In this document: piece after piece, positions 41,985 through 54,539 of the stretch
Layout: the number at the start of each line of letters is the position of its first letter
Numbering within the stretch: the first letter of the stretch is position 1
Assembly (NCBI GenBank): GCA_951406725.2
Contig: OX597818.1
Span: 79,174,001-79,238,000 of the forward strand
Source of the DNA: Octopus vulgaris
Taxonomy: Eukaryota
Length of the DNA: 64,000 bases
Direction of reading: 5' to 3'
The notes under the pieces: model-generated
Seen by the model: only the letters and a program-made list of their open reading frames with translations
The model's database searches: none
Told to the model about the DNA's origin: nothing
Position numbers and translations under genes: made by a program

Positions 41985-42543
41985 ATATACAACGCAGGCC
42001 TCCGTGAGTAGGAAAGGCAACTTGAACAAACTATGGATAGTCTTTCTACCTGACAGTTGTGTAGAGGCAATGCCTGTCCAAGCACAACTGCACACGTTGC
42101 AGTTGTTCCTTCGCAGATAAGAAATTACGATATTAAACATCTAAGTTTTACCACAACCGCCTGGTGCATCTACATAGAAATAGGAGTGGCTGGACACCTC
42201 ACATCTCCTCTTCGTATCTACAGATTCAAGCACAGCATTAGCAATTAGTCTCTGTTCATCAGTAAGTGTTGCAATGCCTGGGTGATCGATGTCTTCATGA
42301 TGGTCAAGCTGCGGTACTCCAATAGGTCCAGGCAGCCCAATTGCTAAACAACTGATGCCATTCTTTATCAGAATTACATCAATTGAGTGTAGTGCCATGT
42401 TTTTTGCGTGCTCTGTATTAAAACTTTGGTGCAAGAAATCTTCAATCAGGGATTCCTTGTGAGCGGTCCACAGGTGAAGAACATTTGCAGGGTTCATATA
42501 CATGCACGGAGAAGCAAACATAACAAGCAACTGTAAGGACATT
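41985..42543 (-). pseudogene. Helitron Rep-Hel fragment (PIF1-family helicase motifs I and Ia)
   Basis: LWTAHKESLIEDF...LTDEQRLIANAVL...FYVDAPGGCGKT* then CAWTGIASTQLSGRKTIHSLFKLP. Confidence 0.88.
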
Positions 42544-42544
42544 A

Positions 42545-42723
42545 GACAGCCAACAATGGACATTCTAAACTGATTAACAACTAACAAGCAAACCTGTGGT
42601 ATTGAGCAAAATATTCGGTGTTGCCCGTCTTTTTTACCAAGACAAAATATGTAGACGGTAATACTACTAATCAGTTAAGATCAGAAACCATGAGAGTCAG
42701 TGCCTTATATTGAATCGGGGCAT
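42545..42723 (-). mobile_element. ~560-bp element (copy 4), old terminal fragment
   Basis: caagcaaacctgtggtattgagc...aatcagttaagatcagaaaccatgagag...ggggcat followed by degenerate (ATT)n. Confidence 0.75.
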
Positions 42724-44582
42724 ATATTATTTTATTATTGTTGTTATTGTTGTTATCTTCTTCTCTCTTTCTCTCTCTATCTCTCGCCTTTCCTTTCTCT
42801 CTCTACCTTTCTCTAAAGCAATCTTTAGTAGAATTCGCGTGCGATCAAAAGTAAACAGATAGCGCGAGAAAGAAAGAAAAGGTGAGGGTGAGAGAAATTG
42901 GGTCGGCCAGGTTTAAATACACAAGTGAAAACGTCTGACACAACAACACCGGTAAGAATCCATCCGCAGTTGACGGTCCAGTGTCAAGGTACACAAGTAT
43001 GTATGACTTAGAAATTCTAAGAAAGAGTGTGAACAACGAATTATGAAATATTTTCGTTTGAAGAATTTTCATTCACCGGTGCTGTATGTTTGTTTTTTTC
43101 ATAAAATACTCTGGCTGTCACGTCCATTTCACTGACTAAAGAAACAGAAAAATAACGGAGGAAGGATTCAGTTGTTAATGGAGGGCTGAAATCACTGGGA
43201 ATTGATTAGTAGTTTGGAAGTGGACACTAACAGGCTTGCATTTTGTCACACATATTACTACGATGAAAAGAAGAAAATGGAGTGGGGTAAATTATGTTCC
43301 AGTCTCACATAAGACTGTAATACTAGTAATGTATTAAAATCCAATGATGAAAATGATGATGATGATGATGACGACGACGATGACGATGATAATGACTATG
43401 ATGATGAAGATGATGATTATGATGATGATCATGATGTGGCATTTGCTTAGCTCCAGAGGAATATATAAACATGGAACTTTTGTTCATTTTACAAAAATGC
43501 TATATTCCTACAAACGTAAAAGCCAGCGAATTATAATGGCCCACTTAACAAGATAACAGCTCATAGAATAAATACTCATGCATAAGAGAATGATACACTT
43601 GAAATGTAATGATACTAACATGGATTAAACGTTACATTATTAGAAGGCAGCCATGCTAAAGTGGATGTACTTTCAATGTTTCCAACTGAACAGACATTAG
43701 AATGCAATTATTCTATTCAAGTAATACGCATTTCATACAAAAATGACCTTATAACTACTATTTTGAAATGTTAACAAATTCTGCCTCTCTTTTCAAGCAA
43801 ACTTACTGAAGAATTTGTTATCTGTTTGAGGCAGCCCTGTAGCAATATTATATTTCATAACTCTGTAACAATGTCAGCAACAAAACTGTATAGGAAGAGC
43901 TCGATAATGATGTATTTACGTAAATATCAAAATAGATGATATGACGTTAAAAAAGTAAAGGTGGTAGATGCAGACATGGAAATAAATGCGATGGAAACGT
44001 GGAGATAAACTTTGCTTTTATCTGTATCACCTCTAAGTTATTGTTTCAGTATCCTACAATATTATCAAATAAACAAGATATTTTAAGGTAATAACGTAAT
44101 AAATTATTTGAAAATAAACAATGTAATTGTTTTAGAATGCTCGTGGGAGAAAGTTATGGTGAGTTTAACCGAATTTTGTAGAGAAATATAAGATTTTCTT
44201 CTCGTTATGCATAATTGAAACATTGAAGTTTGTAAGTAAATATTTTGGTGGATTAGGTACAGTTCAAGTAGAAGGTGCGCATTAGAGATAAAGTGAGATG
44301 ATTAGGTGCGGCTCTTTGGCACGTTAACGAGTTGGCTCGGCGGATTAGGCATTCAACCTAGAGGCAAACACACATACATACGCACATATATGCACACATA
44401 CGCACACATGCGCACACACACAAATGCATGCGGGAGCAGAAACATAAACATACAGTGAGAGAGAGAGAGAGAGAGAGAAAGAGGGGGAGAGAGTGTGAGA
44501 GAGAGATTACACATAGATATTCACACCCAAAAACAAAGAGCGAGAAAGGGAGAGTGAACGCGAGAAGCTTTAAAAGGTCTAA

Positions 44583-44971
44583 TCTCTATATATAAAGCTG
44601 AAGTTGTCTGTGTATGGCAGGTTTGGTAGCCTTCTAGTAACACTATCTCCTCTGAGTCCCTGCGGCGTAAGTTGACCAAAATTGAGATTATGATAGAAGA
44701 AGGGTTGCTCTTCCTTCCGTAGAAGAAAAAAATTAAAATCGGATCATGTTAACACCAAAAATTATTTACATCAAAAAGGTGCTTTTTTCTATGAAAATCC
44801 CTAGTTTTTACGATTTTTGACTGCTGTGTCACCATTTTTCGGTGTATTTCAACGAGAAAAATGTTTGCTTAAAAAGAATAACAAGCTACATAATGCAAAA
44901 TTTTAACTTTTCAAAAATTCCAATTCTAAAGGGTCGAAACAAATCCGAGCAACGCCGGGCGATACTGCTAG
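44583..44971 (+). mobile_element. non-autonomous Helitron (~390 bp)
   Basis: A|TCtctatatataaag ... subterminal hairpin ccgagcaacgccgg ... gatactgCTAG|T; no TSD. Confidence 0.8.
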
Positions 44972-46434
44972 TATCAAATAAACCAGCGCCAAATCAGCAA
45001 TTCCAAATACGCAGCACCGAAACGGCAAGGCCAAAGTGTCTCATACTCTAAATACTGGTAGCATTACTATAAAAAAATCCCTTCACTTCACTGTTATGCG
45101 GTTTGTATTTTGTTTTTTGTTTCTTTTCTTGAAACTTATTGAAAAAGAAATTGTATAAAATGCTGGACAATTAGAGACATTTAGCTTCAGATCTAATTGA
45201 TAATAAGCCATTAAAATACTAACATTTTAAAATAGAATGTGGTGTCCTAGGAAGGTAACAGCTGTAATGACACAAATGATGCCACAGCCAAATAATTGGA
45301 AATAGTAAAAGACTAAAAGCTTTTTCTCAGGCTTTGGAAAATTAGGAATAGGAAATTAGAACATTCCATTAGAATATTGTAGTATTATATTAGGAATAAT
45401 TCTTTTGTCAAACATGAACCTGGTTGAAATTGAAACCATGATATAGCTGAGCACCGAATCAATCATCGCTGGCTAATACCCAACCTGACTGGTTCATAAT
45501 AAAAGATTATGAGTTGTAGAAATTTGTGGGCCTTGGCTATAAAGCATAACACTGTTGAGGTGGTCTACCCGAGCGATCGCTTCCTCGGTTAATTTGTACA
45601 AATTCACCAGCAGATTTCAGTAATAAAGAACTAATTCACAATTAATTAATAAATATTCCTCTAACTTCCGATTAAAATAGTTACTTTCATATTGTTTTTG
45701 TAAATATCTGATTGGGTTACTTAGGGTGTTGCTCTGTTCCCATAAAAGTTAAACGCGTTCTAATTATTTCAAATTTGGGCACAAAGTCAAATAATTCTTT
45801 CTATCTTTTGGAAAAAGAAAATAAATTTAGAAAGAAGGAGGAAATCGATAACAGTAACTCCATTCGCAACTGGTATATTTTATTAATCACTGAAAGATGA
45901 ACGGTAAAGTAAACCACGGTAGCATTTTGAAGTCAAAACGGAAAACCGTGTCAAATGCCACCAAGTATTTTATTTTGTTCTGCATACCAGCGATTCTAAC
46001 AGCTCACCACGTTGATGACGTCATAATAAAATTGAAAATATCAATTAACTCTTTCTCATTTTGCCATAAGATCCACAGTTTTGACAGGAGGGTCAAGTCG
46101 GTTACATCGGTGCCAGTATTTGACTGGCATATTTCATCTATCAACCCTAAAAGCAATGGCAATCCAATAAATGATAAATGATTATTACTGAGGAGACAAG
46201 ACCTTCTCGTCTAACTACTTGTGTATTTTCTGGTGCATTTTCTGCTTATTGTAATCCTACCTATAACAATTTTCGAGATCTTTCTACTTGCCCATAACTT
46301 ATAATTAAATCCTGCAAGACAAGTTTCAGATCATTTTGTGGACGATCATGCGCTATATGATCTAATCTTTTAATTCAATTATATTGTCAGTGGCTATTAC
46401 TATCAGAATATTTCTTTTAATGATGCACACACAT

Positions 46435-46502
<68 letters not shown>

Positions 46503-46667
46503 CACGCATGTATGTATGTATGTATGTATGTATGATGGTGCTATGAAGTTAGTCATTGCCTGAACCAATTGTGGCCAAAGCATATCAAAGTATCTAATTA
46601 TCTAAGAACTGTGTGTGTGTTTGCGTGTTTTTATGTCTGTAGGTGTATGTTTGTGCGTATCTGTGCA

Positions 46668-46948
46668 TAGGATCGTAGGATCGCGGTTTCGATTCCCTGG
46701 CCGGGCCGGGCGTTGTGAGTGTTTATTGAGCGAAAACACCTAAAAGCTCCACGAGGCTCCGGCAGGGGATTCTGGCGATCCCTGCTGTATCCTTTCGGCA
46801 CAAATTTCTCTCACTCTTTCTTCTGTAGGCCTGCTCGCTTAGCCAGCGGGGTGGCGCCATTTAAAGGCTAAAACAATACGAAGCGCATTGTGACCAGCGA
46901 TGTGTAACAACATCTGATAGCCTGGTCGGTCACGGTGATCACGGTGAT
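46668..46948 (+). mobile_element. SINE family C (5'-truncated)
   Basis: Collinear with 10247-10543 from gtaggatcgcggtttcgattccc to cacggtgatcacggtgat. Confidence 0.85.
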
Positions 46949-47004
46949 ATCTATCTACCTATATATGTGTATATATATATATGTATAGACATAAATATAT
47001 ATAT

Positions 47005-47090
<86 letters not shown>

Positions 47091-47095
<5 letters not shown>

Positions 47096-47297
47096 ATCCA
47101 AACATGAAAGCACAAAAAAACACAACAACGTGAGGACGTGGAACAAATATAGTATTATTGGACGCCCAGGAAAGAAGGAAAGAAGGAGGGTTTAACGTTT
47201 CGAGCGGAGCTCTTCGTCGGAAACATAGGAGAAGGAAAGATCCAGAGAAGGGAAGACAGATGAAAAAAATCGCCTACGGTACACACGCGGTCACATT
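47091..47297 (-). mobile_element. ~210-bp repeat with hammerhead-like motif (Penelope pLTR/retrozyme-like), copy 1
   Basis: Minus strand GUUU-CCGACGA-A-GAGCuccGCUC-GAAACGUU-AAAC at 47224-47190. A diverged inverted copy lies at 47640-47857. Sits in (TA)n. Confidence 0.6.
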
Positions 47298-47639
47298 TAT
47301 ATATATATATATATATATAGATACATACATACACACACCGACACACACACATACATATATGTGATACTGTGTAGCAGGCCGCTGGCATTTATAGAGTGTT
47401 AAACTCTTTCGGTATGCAAATTAGGTAATCCTTTATAGAGTAACTGCTGCATTTGTTGAGTATATAAGCAGTTTGGCAGATGTTTTCTCTGAACATTGTC
47501 AAAATGTTGTGGACTCCTCTGATGAGAATCGATTAAAGTTATTCGTCATTTTCTTCAGTCTGCGGAGAAATGGCTAACATCTGCCTTGTTTATAATTATA
47601 CCTTATGTTATACGTATGTATATAAATATATATTTTCAA

Positions 47640-47857
47640 AATGTAGCCACATGTTAATGGTTGGCGATTTTTTTTCCTCCCGCTTCCTTTTCTTTTGGAT
47701 TTTTCTCTGTCCCCTATTTCTGAAGAGCTTTCCCCGAAACGTAAAACCACCTTTCTTTACTTCCCTGAACGTTTGCTAATACATTGCGTGTGCCACGTAC
47801 TTGCGTTGTTGCTTTTTTTTTTCTTATGTTTGCTCTTCGTTCGTTTTGGATTTACTA
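47640..47857 (+). mobile_element. ~210-bp repeat with hammerhead-like motif, copy 2
   Basis: UUU-CUGAAGA-GcuuucccC-GAAACGUA-AAA at 47717-47746. Collinear with copy 1 (ggcgattttt...ggat...ccacgt...cgttgttg...ttggatt.actata). Confidence 0.55.
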
Positions 47858-47859
47858 TA

Positions 47860-47895
<36 letters not shown>

Positions 47896-47947
47896 TGTAT
47901 GTATGTATGTATGTATGTATGTATGTATGTATGTATATATGTATGTA

Positions 47948-48018
<71 letters not shown>

Positions 48019-48063
48019 AGAAAGAGGTGACACCTGAAAATAGGTTATGCAACGAGCCTCATT

Positions 48064-48146
48064 AGCTTACAGCTGTTTCTGCTATAGGATGTGGTGGGCT
48101 GGTAGTGGACATGCTGTGGAACATCCTATAGCTTCATCAGAGGTTT
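48064..48146 (-). ncRNA. candidate minimal type-I hammerhead ribozyme
   Basis: Minus strand CUGAUGA-A-[GCUAUAGGAUGU..28 nt..ACAUCCUAUAGC]-A-GAA-ACAGCUGU-A: intact core, 12-bp stem II, palindromic stem III, GUA cleavage triplet. Stem I is weak and an A-A mismatch sits at the base of stem II. Confidence 0.55.
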
Positions 48147-48526
48147 AAATATGAAGTGCAATTTCTTCGAGAAATTACATTTTCAGAACATTCAGGCGTT
48201 AAGACTGAGATGTAAATTATCCAAATAAAGTGAACTTCCAATTCAAGGCTCTTATGAAGCTATGCGATGTTTCATAGGGACTCAACTAAAAGCTTTCAGC
48301 TAATCAAGTACATTACATAACCTTTATTATATTCCGGTATCACCGTTTGGTTCCGATTATCTCTCTATACTCATCTAACATTGAGTTGTGGATCATATGT
48401 ATCCTGTGTTCTACAGCAGGTTATTAGTCTCGTTATATCTAAGCTAAATATATGTGTGTGTGTATGTGTATGTATACACACATACACACACACACACATA
48501 TATATATGTATGTGTGTGTGTATGTG

Positions 48527-48771
48527 TGGAAGCGCGTGGCTTAGTGGTTACAGTGTCAGCATCATGATCGTAAGATTGTGGTTTCGATTCCTGGACCGGG
48601 CGACGCGTTGTGTTCTTGAGCAAAACACTTCATTTCACGTTGCCCCAGTCCACTCAGGTGGCAAAAATGAGTAACGCTGCGATGGACTGGCGTCCAGTCC
48701 GCTGGGGAACACATACGCCATTGAAGCCGGGAAGCCGGGCCCATGAGCCTGGCTAGGCTTTAAAAGGGCGC

Positions 48772-48773
<2 letters not shown>
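48527..48773 (+). mobile_element. tRNA-derived SINE family D (CORE-like middle, MetaSINE-like 3' domain)
   Basis: A box tggcttagtgg, B box ggtttcgattcc, gtgttcttgagcaaaacactt, gcgatggactggcgtcc, (TTA)n tail. Confidence 0.85.
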
Positions 48774-48838
<65 letters not shown>

Positions 48839-49263
48839 GTATATATATATATATGCATATATACATATACACATATATTTATACATACACACACATGTAT
48901 ATATATATATATATTTATATATATATGTGTATATCAATGTATAAATATATATATAGATATAGATATATATACGTGTGTATATGTGTGTGTTTCTGTCTGT
49001 CTGTCTGTGTCTGTGTATGTATGTATGCATATATACACACACATGCATATACAGTCAGGCCTTGAAGGCTTGCAGGACGATTCTTCGATGTCACTGTCTT
49101 ATAAAAGTATAATAAAGGTGTACTTTCCAAATGGCATTCACTAATCCTTCAGTTTCAAGTAAAATTGCTTTTATTACAGCTCGAAAAAAATAATTAATAC
49201 ACAGGCATACGTTGACACACACGCACACACATATATATGCATGTATGTCTAACAGTGTGTTTG

Positions 49264-49294
<31 letters not shown>

Positions 49295-49795
49295 CTTTGT
49301 ATTTCACTATAGTTACCGAATTCTGAAGGGAAATTAATTAGATCTGTTGAAATATCCAAAAGGTATATTATATTTATATGTTTTTTAAAATCTTAATATT
49401 AGACGAAACTTTGCCTGGAGATAATACATCACTTTTAATAAAGAAGGGGAGGAAAAGAGAATTTTGATTAATTTTAGATTGATGAAATCGTCTTCGTTAT
49501 CCTGTCATTAATAATTAACCAAATCACTTACGACTTACACAGAAACAGAATCGGATCCATATCTCCCGTCTCATTAAACTATAAAGTGTCTTGTAATGAA
49601 ATTCACTTCTGATGAGATGATAGGGTATTATATGAAATTACGGAACCGGTTTAAATTGGTTCATATAGAGACAGAGATGCATACCAGCATCGTATATCAC
49701 GTATATATATATATGCTCATCCTGAATATATGTATGTACATATGTGTGTTTACTTGTGTGTACGTGTATATACACATATATACATACATATATAT

Positions 49796-49851
<56 letters not shown>

Positions 49852-49878
49852 GTATGTATGTATATATATATATATGTA

Positions 49879-50053
49879 CTAGCAGTATCGCCCGGCGTTG
49901 CTCAGGTTTGTAAGGGAAATAACTATAAAGCATTTTTAGAGAGTTATTGTCAAGTTTCATCAGAATCGGTTGAAAGCCGTGGTCAGAGTGAGGGTACGAG
50001 AAAACAGACACACAGAAAACGCACAGACAAACTGCCGTTTATATAGAGAGAGA
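49879..50053 (-). mobile_element. miniature non-autonomous Helitron (~175 bp)
   Basis: Minus strand A|TCtctctctatataaacgg ... gagcaacgccgggcgatactgCTAG|T; 3' end shared with 44583-44971. Confidence 0.8.
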
Positions 50054-50726
50054 TGAACACATTTATGTATATATATATATATGCACACACATAAATGTGT
50101 TCATACGTATGCATATATATATATATATACAATTATATATATAGATGTATGTATGTATGTATGTATGTATGTATGTATATTTGTTTGTCTGTATGTATAT
50201 AAGTCTAAGTCTTTTCGTTTGTTGATTTATGTTTGTATCTTATACGTGAACTGTTTACAGTGAGCTGTGTCGTAATGTTTAAAGTAACTCTTTCTAAATA
50301 AGTATTGACTTTTGGACAGCAATTTATCTCTACCCTTCTCCAAGCCAATATGTTTCAGTGAGACAGTGTAAATGTGGTGATATGATATATGTTCGCTTTC
50401 TCAGAGCATCAGTAACGTTACTGAAGAAAATGAAATGAGATTATCTCTTATATAATGGTCGTTGTTACAGTGGAAACGGTATTTGTGGTCTCGACGCACT
50501 ACCAGCTTGCTTCATTCTCTAAAACTGCATTCGGAATATTGACTGATTCCTGAATAATACCGTAATGTCCAGTAAGCTATTATGCGTTTTTATTCGTTTA
50601 TTTGTATAATACTGCAAACAGATTTTCCTATGCTATAAACTATTTGAAAACAACAATATCGAAAAAGTAAAAAAAGGAAAATAAGTCGATGATATATACA
50701 CACACAAATAAAAAATGTAAACATAA

Positions 50727-50914
50727 GTGCAGCCATGAATGTGTGGTTTAGAATCTCGTTTTGCAACCACACGGTTTCGTGTAGAGTTCCGCTTCGCAGT
50801 ACCTTGAGCAAGTGTCTTTTACTATAGACCTTTCCAACCAATAATTTGTGAGTGAATTTGGAATACGAAAATTGTATTCCCGTCGTATATATAATTGTAT
50901 GTGTGTGTTTGTGT

Positions 50915-50955
<41 letters not shown>

Positions 50956-51260
50956 TGTGTGTGTGTTTATACATGCACATTTAGACAAATAGGAAGGAAT
51001 GGCTCTTCTGATCACTTTATAAACGATTTACAAGTACCTAATAATTTATAAACATTTGATTATTAAAGTGGAAGACTTAGCAGAAAAGTCATTCCTGTTT
51101 ATGTTTTTCAAATATACAATACTGTACCAAGGGCATTCAGTTTCTAATTCTACTATACATGTGTGTGTGTGTGTGTGTTTGTCCCCACCGTCTTTTGGCG
51201 ACCGTTATTTGTTATGTCCACGTAGCTAATGAGTTCGGCAAAGCACGCCCATTAAATGTT
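50727..51260 (+). mobile_element. SINE family A, diverged, with extra sequence in its central microsatellite
   Basis: Head at 50727-50890, tail fragment at ~51175-51260. Confidence 0.6.
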
Positions 51261-51341
51261 AAATAGGTATGATTTTTTTTTCTCCTTGATCCATGCTATT
51301 ACAGTTTCACAAACACATACGTAATCACGTATTCATATAAT

Positions 51342-51734
51342 GGTTAAAATTTTGCTACAAGGGCAGTCCTTTTGTGGGAGGAGATGAGTCGATTACATCG
51401 ACCCCAGTGTTACTTATTTTATCAACCTCCAAATGTATGAAAGGCAAGGTCGACCTCGGCGGAATTTCTACTTAGATCGGAGCGACGGGCGAAATACCTA
51501 TTTCTTTACTACCCACAAGAGGCTAAATACAGAGAGGACAAACAAGGACAGACAAACGGATTAAGTCGATTATATCGAGCCCAGTGAGTAACTGGTACTT
51601 ATTTAATCGACCCCGAAAGGATGAAAGGCAAAGTCGACCTCGGCGGAATTTGAACTCAGAACGTAGCGGCAGACGAAATACCGCTAAGCATTTCGCCCGG
51701 TGTGCTAACGATTCTGCCAGCTCGCCGCCTTAAG
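51342..51734 (-). mobile_element. SINE family B 1.5-mer within one TSD-like pair
   Basis: Full unit joined at GGTATTT to a headless unit. Flanks are tcacgtattcatataat (51325-51341) and tcacatattcatataat (51735-51751). Confidence 0.85.
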
Positions 51735-52769
51735 TCACATATTCATATAATACTATATTCTCTCTGCAACATATTCAAAATACTCTGTAAATTTGTAAAC
51801 ATTTTCTCGGAAACGAAGTATTTGTTCGCTCCACATAATTCTCCAATGAGGAAAGTAATTGTGTCTTTATTGGGAGAAGTTATGTGGGAATTATGAATGT
51901 CAGAGAAAGCATAATTCTATAGCTAGCTCTTGCGTGTCTGTGTTGTTGAGAAGCTTGCTTCCCAATCATGTGGTCCTGGATCAGATGCCTGCACAATGAG
52001 ACTTAATGTCGGGTCATGAACAGGTGTCTCCTACTATTACCACGAATCAACTAGAACATCGTTAGGGGTGAAAAGAACCAAGAAGGCATTAAAGAAAAGT
52101 GGTCGATAATGGGGTAACCAAAAGAGAGTGATAGATGTAAAACCAACAAAATTATGGGCCAATTATATTAAGTTTTATTTGTAAAATACAGGTATTTTGA
52201 ACTTGCTTCGGAAAGTAGTCTATGTTGATAGTAGTGAGTTTGGGGGAGGAATCTACCGAAGGGGTCAAAGGGGCGGCAGCCCGAGAAAAGTTTGAGAACT
52301 ACTGAAGTAAACCCTTCAATACGCTACCTCTGCATGGGGCAGTCAAGTGATTGAAAGAAGGGGAACGTATTTAAAAAATACATCAATACAATTGATAATA
52401 TTAAACGTTTTGCCGTACCCTACATGATCTAGTTATGCAGCGAGTCCTCCTTTTAGTGGTATAATTGTATACTTTCTTTATAATAATTCTTAGGAAATAA
52501 TCTAAAATGTAGTTATGGATGTTTCATATTATAAATGGGTTATAATATTAGAATGAAATCCATTTTATTCAAACAGTTCTTCCTATTATATATGACGATA
52601 TAAAGATCCTTGCGGAATGTCATGATCCCACTAGGTAGTTTTACTTTTCAACCTATGTAGGCAACAAAACGAACTAAAATATCATTGCAAACTGAAAGAG
52701 TTGCTACTTTTGACAAATTAGATGTCTACCCAAGTGTAAGTAAGCAATATACTGTAAGCTTATTTTACG

Positions 52770-54250
52770 TAATGTAACAGACTTTGAAAATATATTTTAT
52801 ATATAAATGGTGGTACGATTCTATGCTGCTTAAATTTAATAATTCCGAAATAATTAAAACATCAACTTCTCCTGAAATATCCCTTAATTGGGATATTATA
52901 ATGCATGAAAGCTTTATACAAGACGTATAGGAAACGAGAGCAGATGTGCTAATATTTTAGCATTTATACCAGGCATTGATCACCTTTTCTGAAAAGCAGG
53001 TTGCATGAGACACGGCTCATCATCACAGGAGTCACACTACTAAAAGATTTCCCGGTAATTCTTCGTAGGCGTATAATTCCGCAAGTAGTACCGGTCGCCT
53101 TTGGCCCATGAGTAATTCAGATACTCCAGCATTCTATCAGACTTCTGAAACATGAAAACTATTTAAACAAGAAATTAAAATCAGGAAAATATTAGGACTC
53201 TCAAAGAAAGGTACATTTCTAGTTCTTCATGCTGAAATGTTTCTAAATTGTTTGACCTTATACTTTGGTTAGTAAATTAATATCTGAATGTAATGAAAGT
53301 TTTCTAGCGAACTAACTTAGCTATTCTTACTTTAGCTGAAATCCATTAAGAGGGAAGAAGCAATAAATAATAAATCATTTAGACTCATTGTATATATTGT
53401 ATCACCTTAAATGTCAAACTAGTTCCATTTAAGTGTCTGTCTGATTTTATAACCCTCGGATAACATTCAGTCTTAGATTGAATAGGAGTAACTTGGCAAA
53501 GTGAATTCTCTTCTCTTTTGTAAATAATTTTCAGCAAATACGACACATATCCTCTTGTAGTATTGATTTTGTTCGAAACTGTCGAATTAAAAATACAATT
53601 TTGCAGTCAATAAACTCTCATGTAATAATCCCTTACAAGAGCTCGAGTATTCTTATAGTATGAATTGGTCAACTTATTGATCAATAAAGAACCAGAGAGA
53701 ATTAGTTTTCAATTATATACGTAAACTCGGAATAGCTGCTGTTTCTTTAAGGATAATTTCTGAGAACAATTTATTTTAATCTGCATAATGTTCGAATATA
53801 TTCAATGAATGTTCTTTCAAATTGTATTGCAAAGACATTCTATTATGTTTTGCACAAATATTCCGGAATATATACGATATGTAATCGCTGGTGGTAAGCC
53901 TTGTCTTCCATGAATGATTAAACTTATCGCATTTTATACACTACGATAGCTTGCAGGTATAAAACTTCTGAGGTGAATTCTTATTCACTGTAGCTATTAA
54001 ATTCGTCAAAGAAATATATGAACTATTTGTTACATACATTCCAACTATTTAGTGATTTCATTTGTACTCAATTCATACAGTGATAAATACGTGTGCAATC
54101 TAAATAACCCATATTTCTTGGGTTTAAAGCATTTTAGTTCAAGATTACATTGGTTTTCTGAAGAAGACCACTAAAGAAATGATTAGATGTAAATCTAAAA
54201 TCAATATCTATGTCATTTTGACATTTATATATTGTAAACCATACCAAAAT
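52770..54250 (-). mobile_element. possible highly degraded Penelope-like element
   Basis: Only faint resemblance of minus-strand peptides to the PLE GIY-YIG C-terminus (e.g. IIKFK near 52830); no intact motif. Confidence 0.25.
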
Positions 54251-54539
54251 TATTTCTGCTTGCAGGCCATTGGCCACATAAACACATTTCAATTAGCTCT
54301 TATTCTTCATTCGCACAACAGAAAAAAAAAATCTGACCATATTCAACTGTAGTTGTGTCTGTGTGTCGGCATATAGATTCCCTTTAGGAGCCTTTATTGA
54401 TTTTAGTATGTTATATTTTCTACACTTTGTAAAATGCAAAAGCTTTCAATGAAAATCTTTAAAAGAAATCCATTGCTTACATTCGGTAAGTCGGTATTTT
54501 CAAATCTAGCTCTTGTAAAAAGATAATCAAGTAATAAAC

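Noticed and set aside
44290-44370. Short GC-richer unique segment as a conserved regulatory element
   Set aside because: Composition alone is not enough evidence without conservation data.
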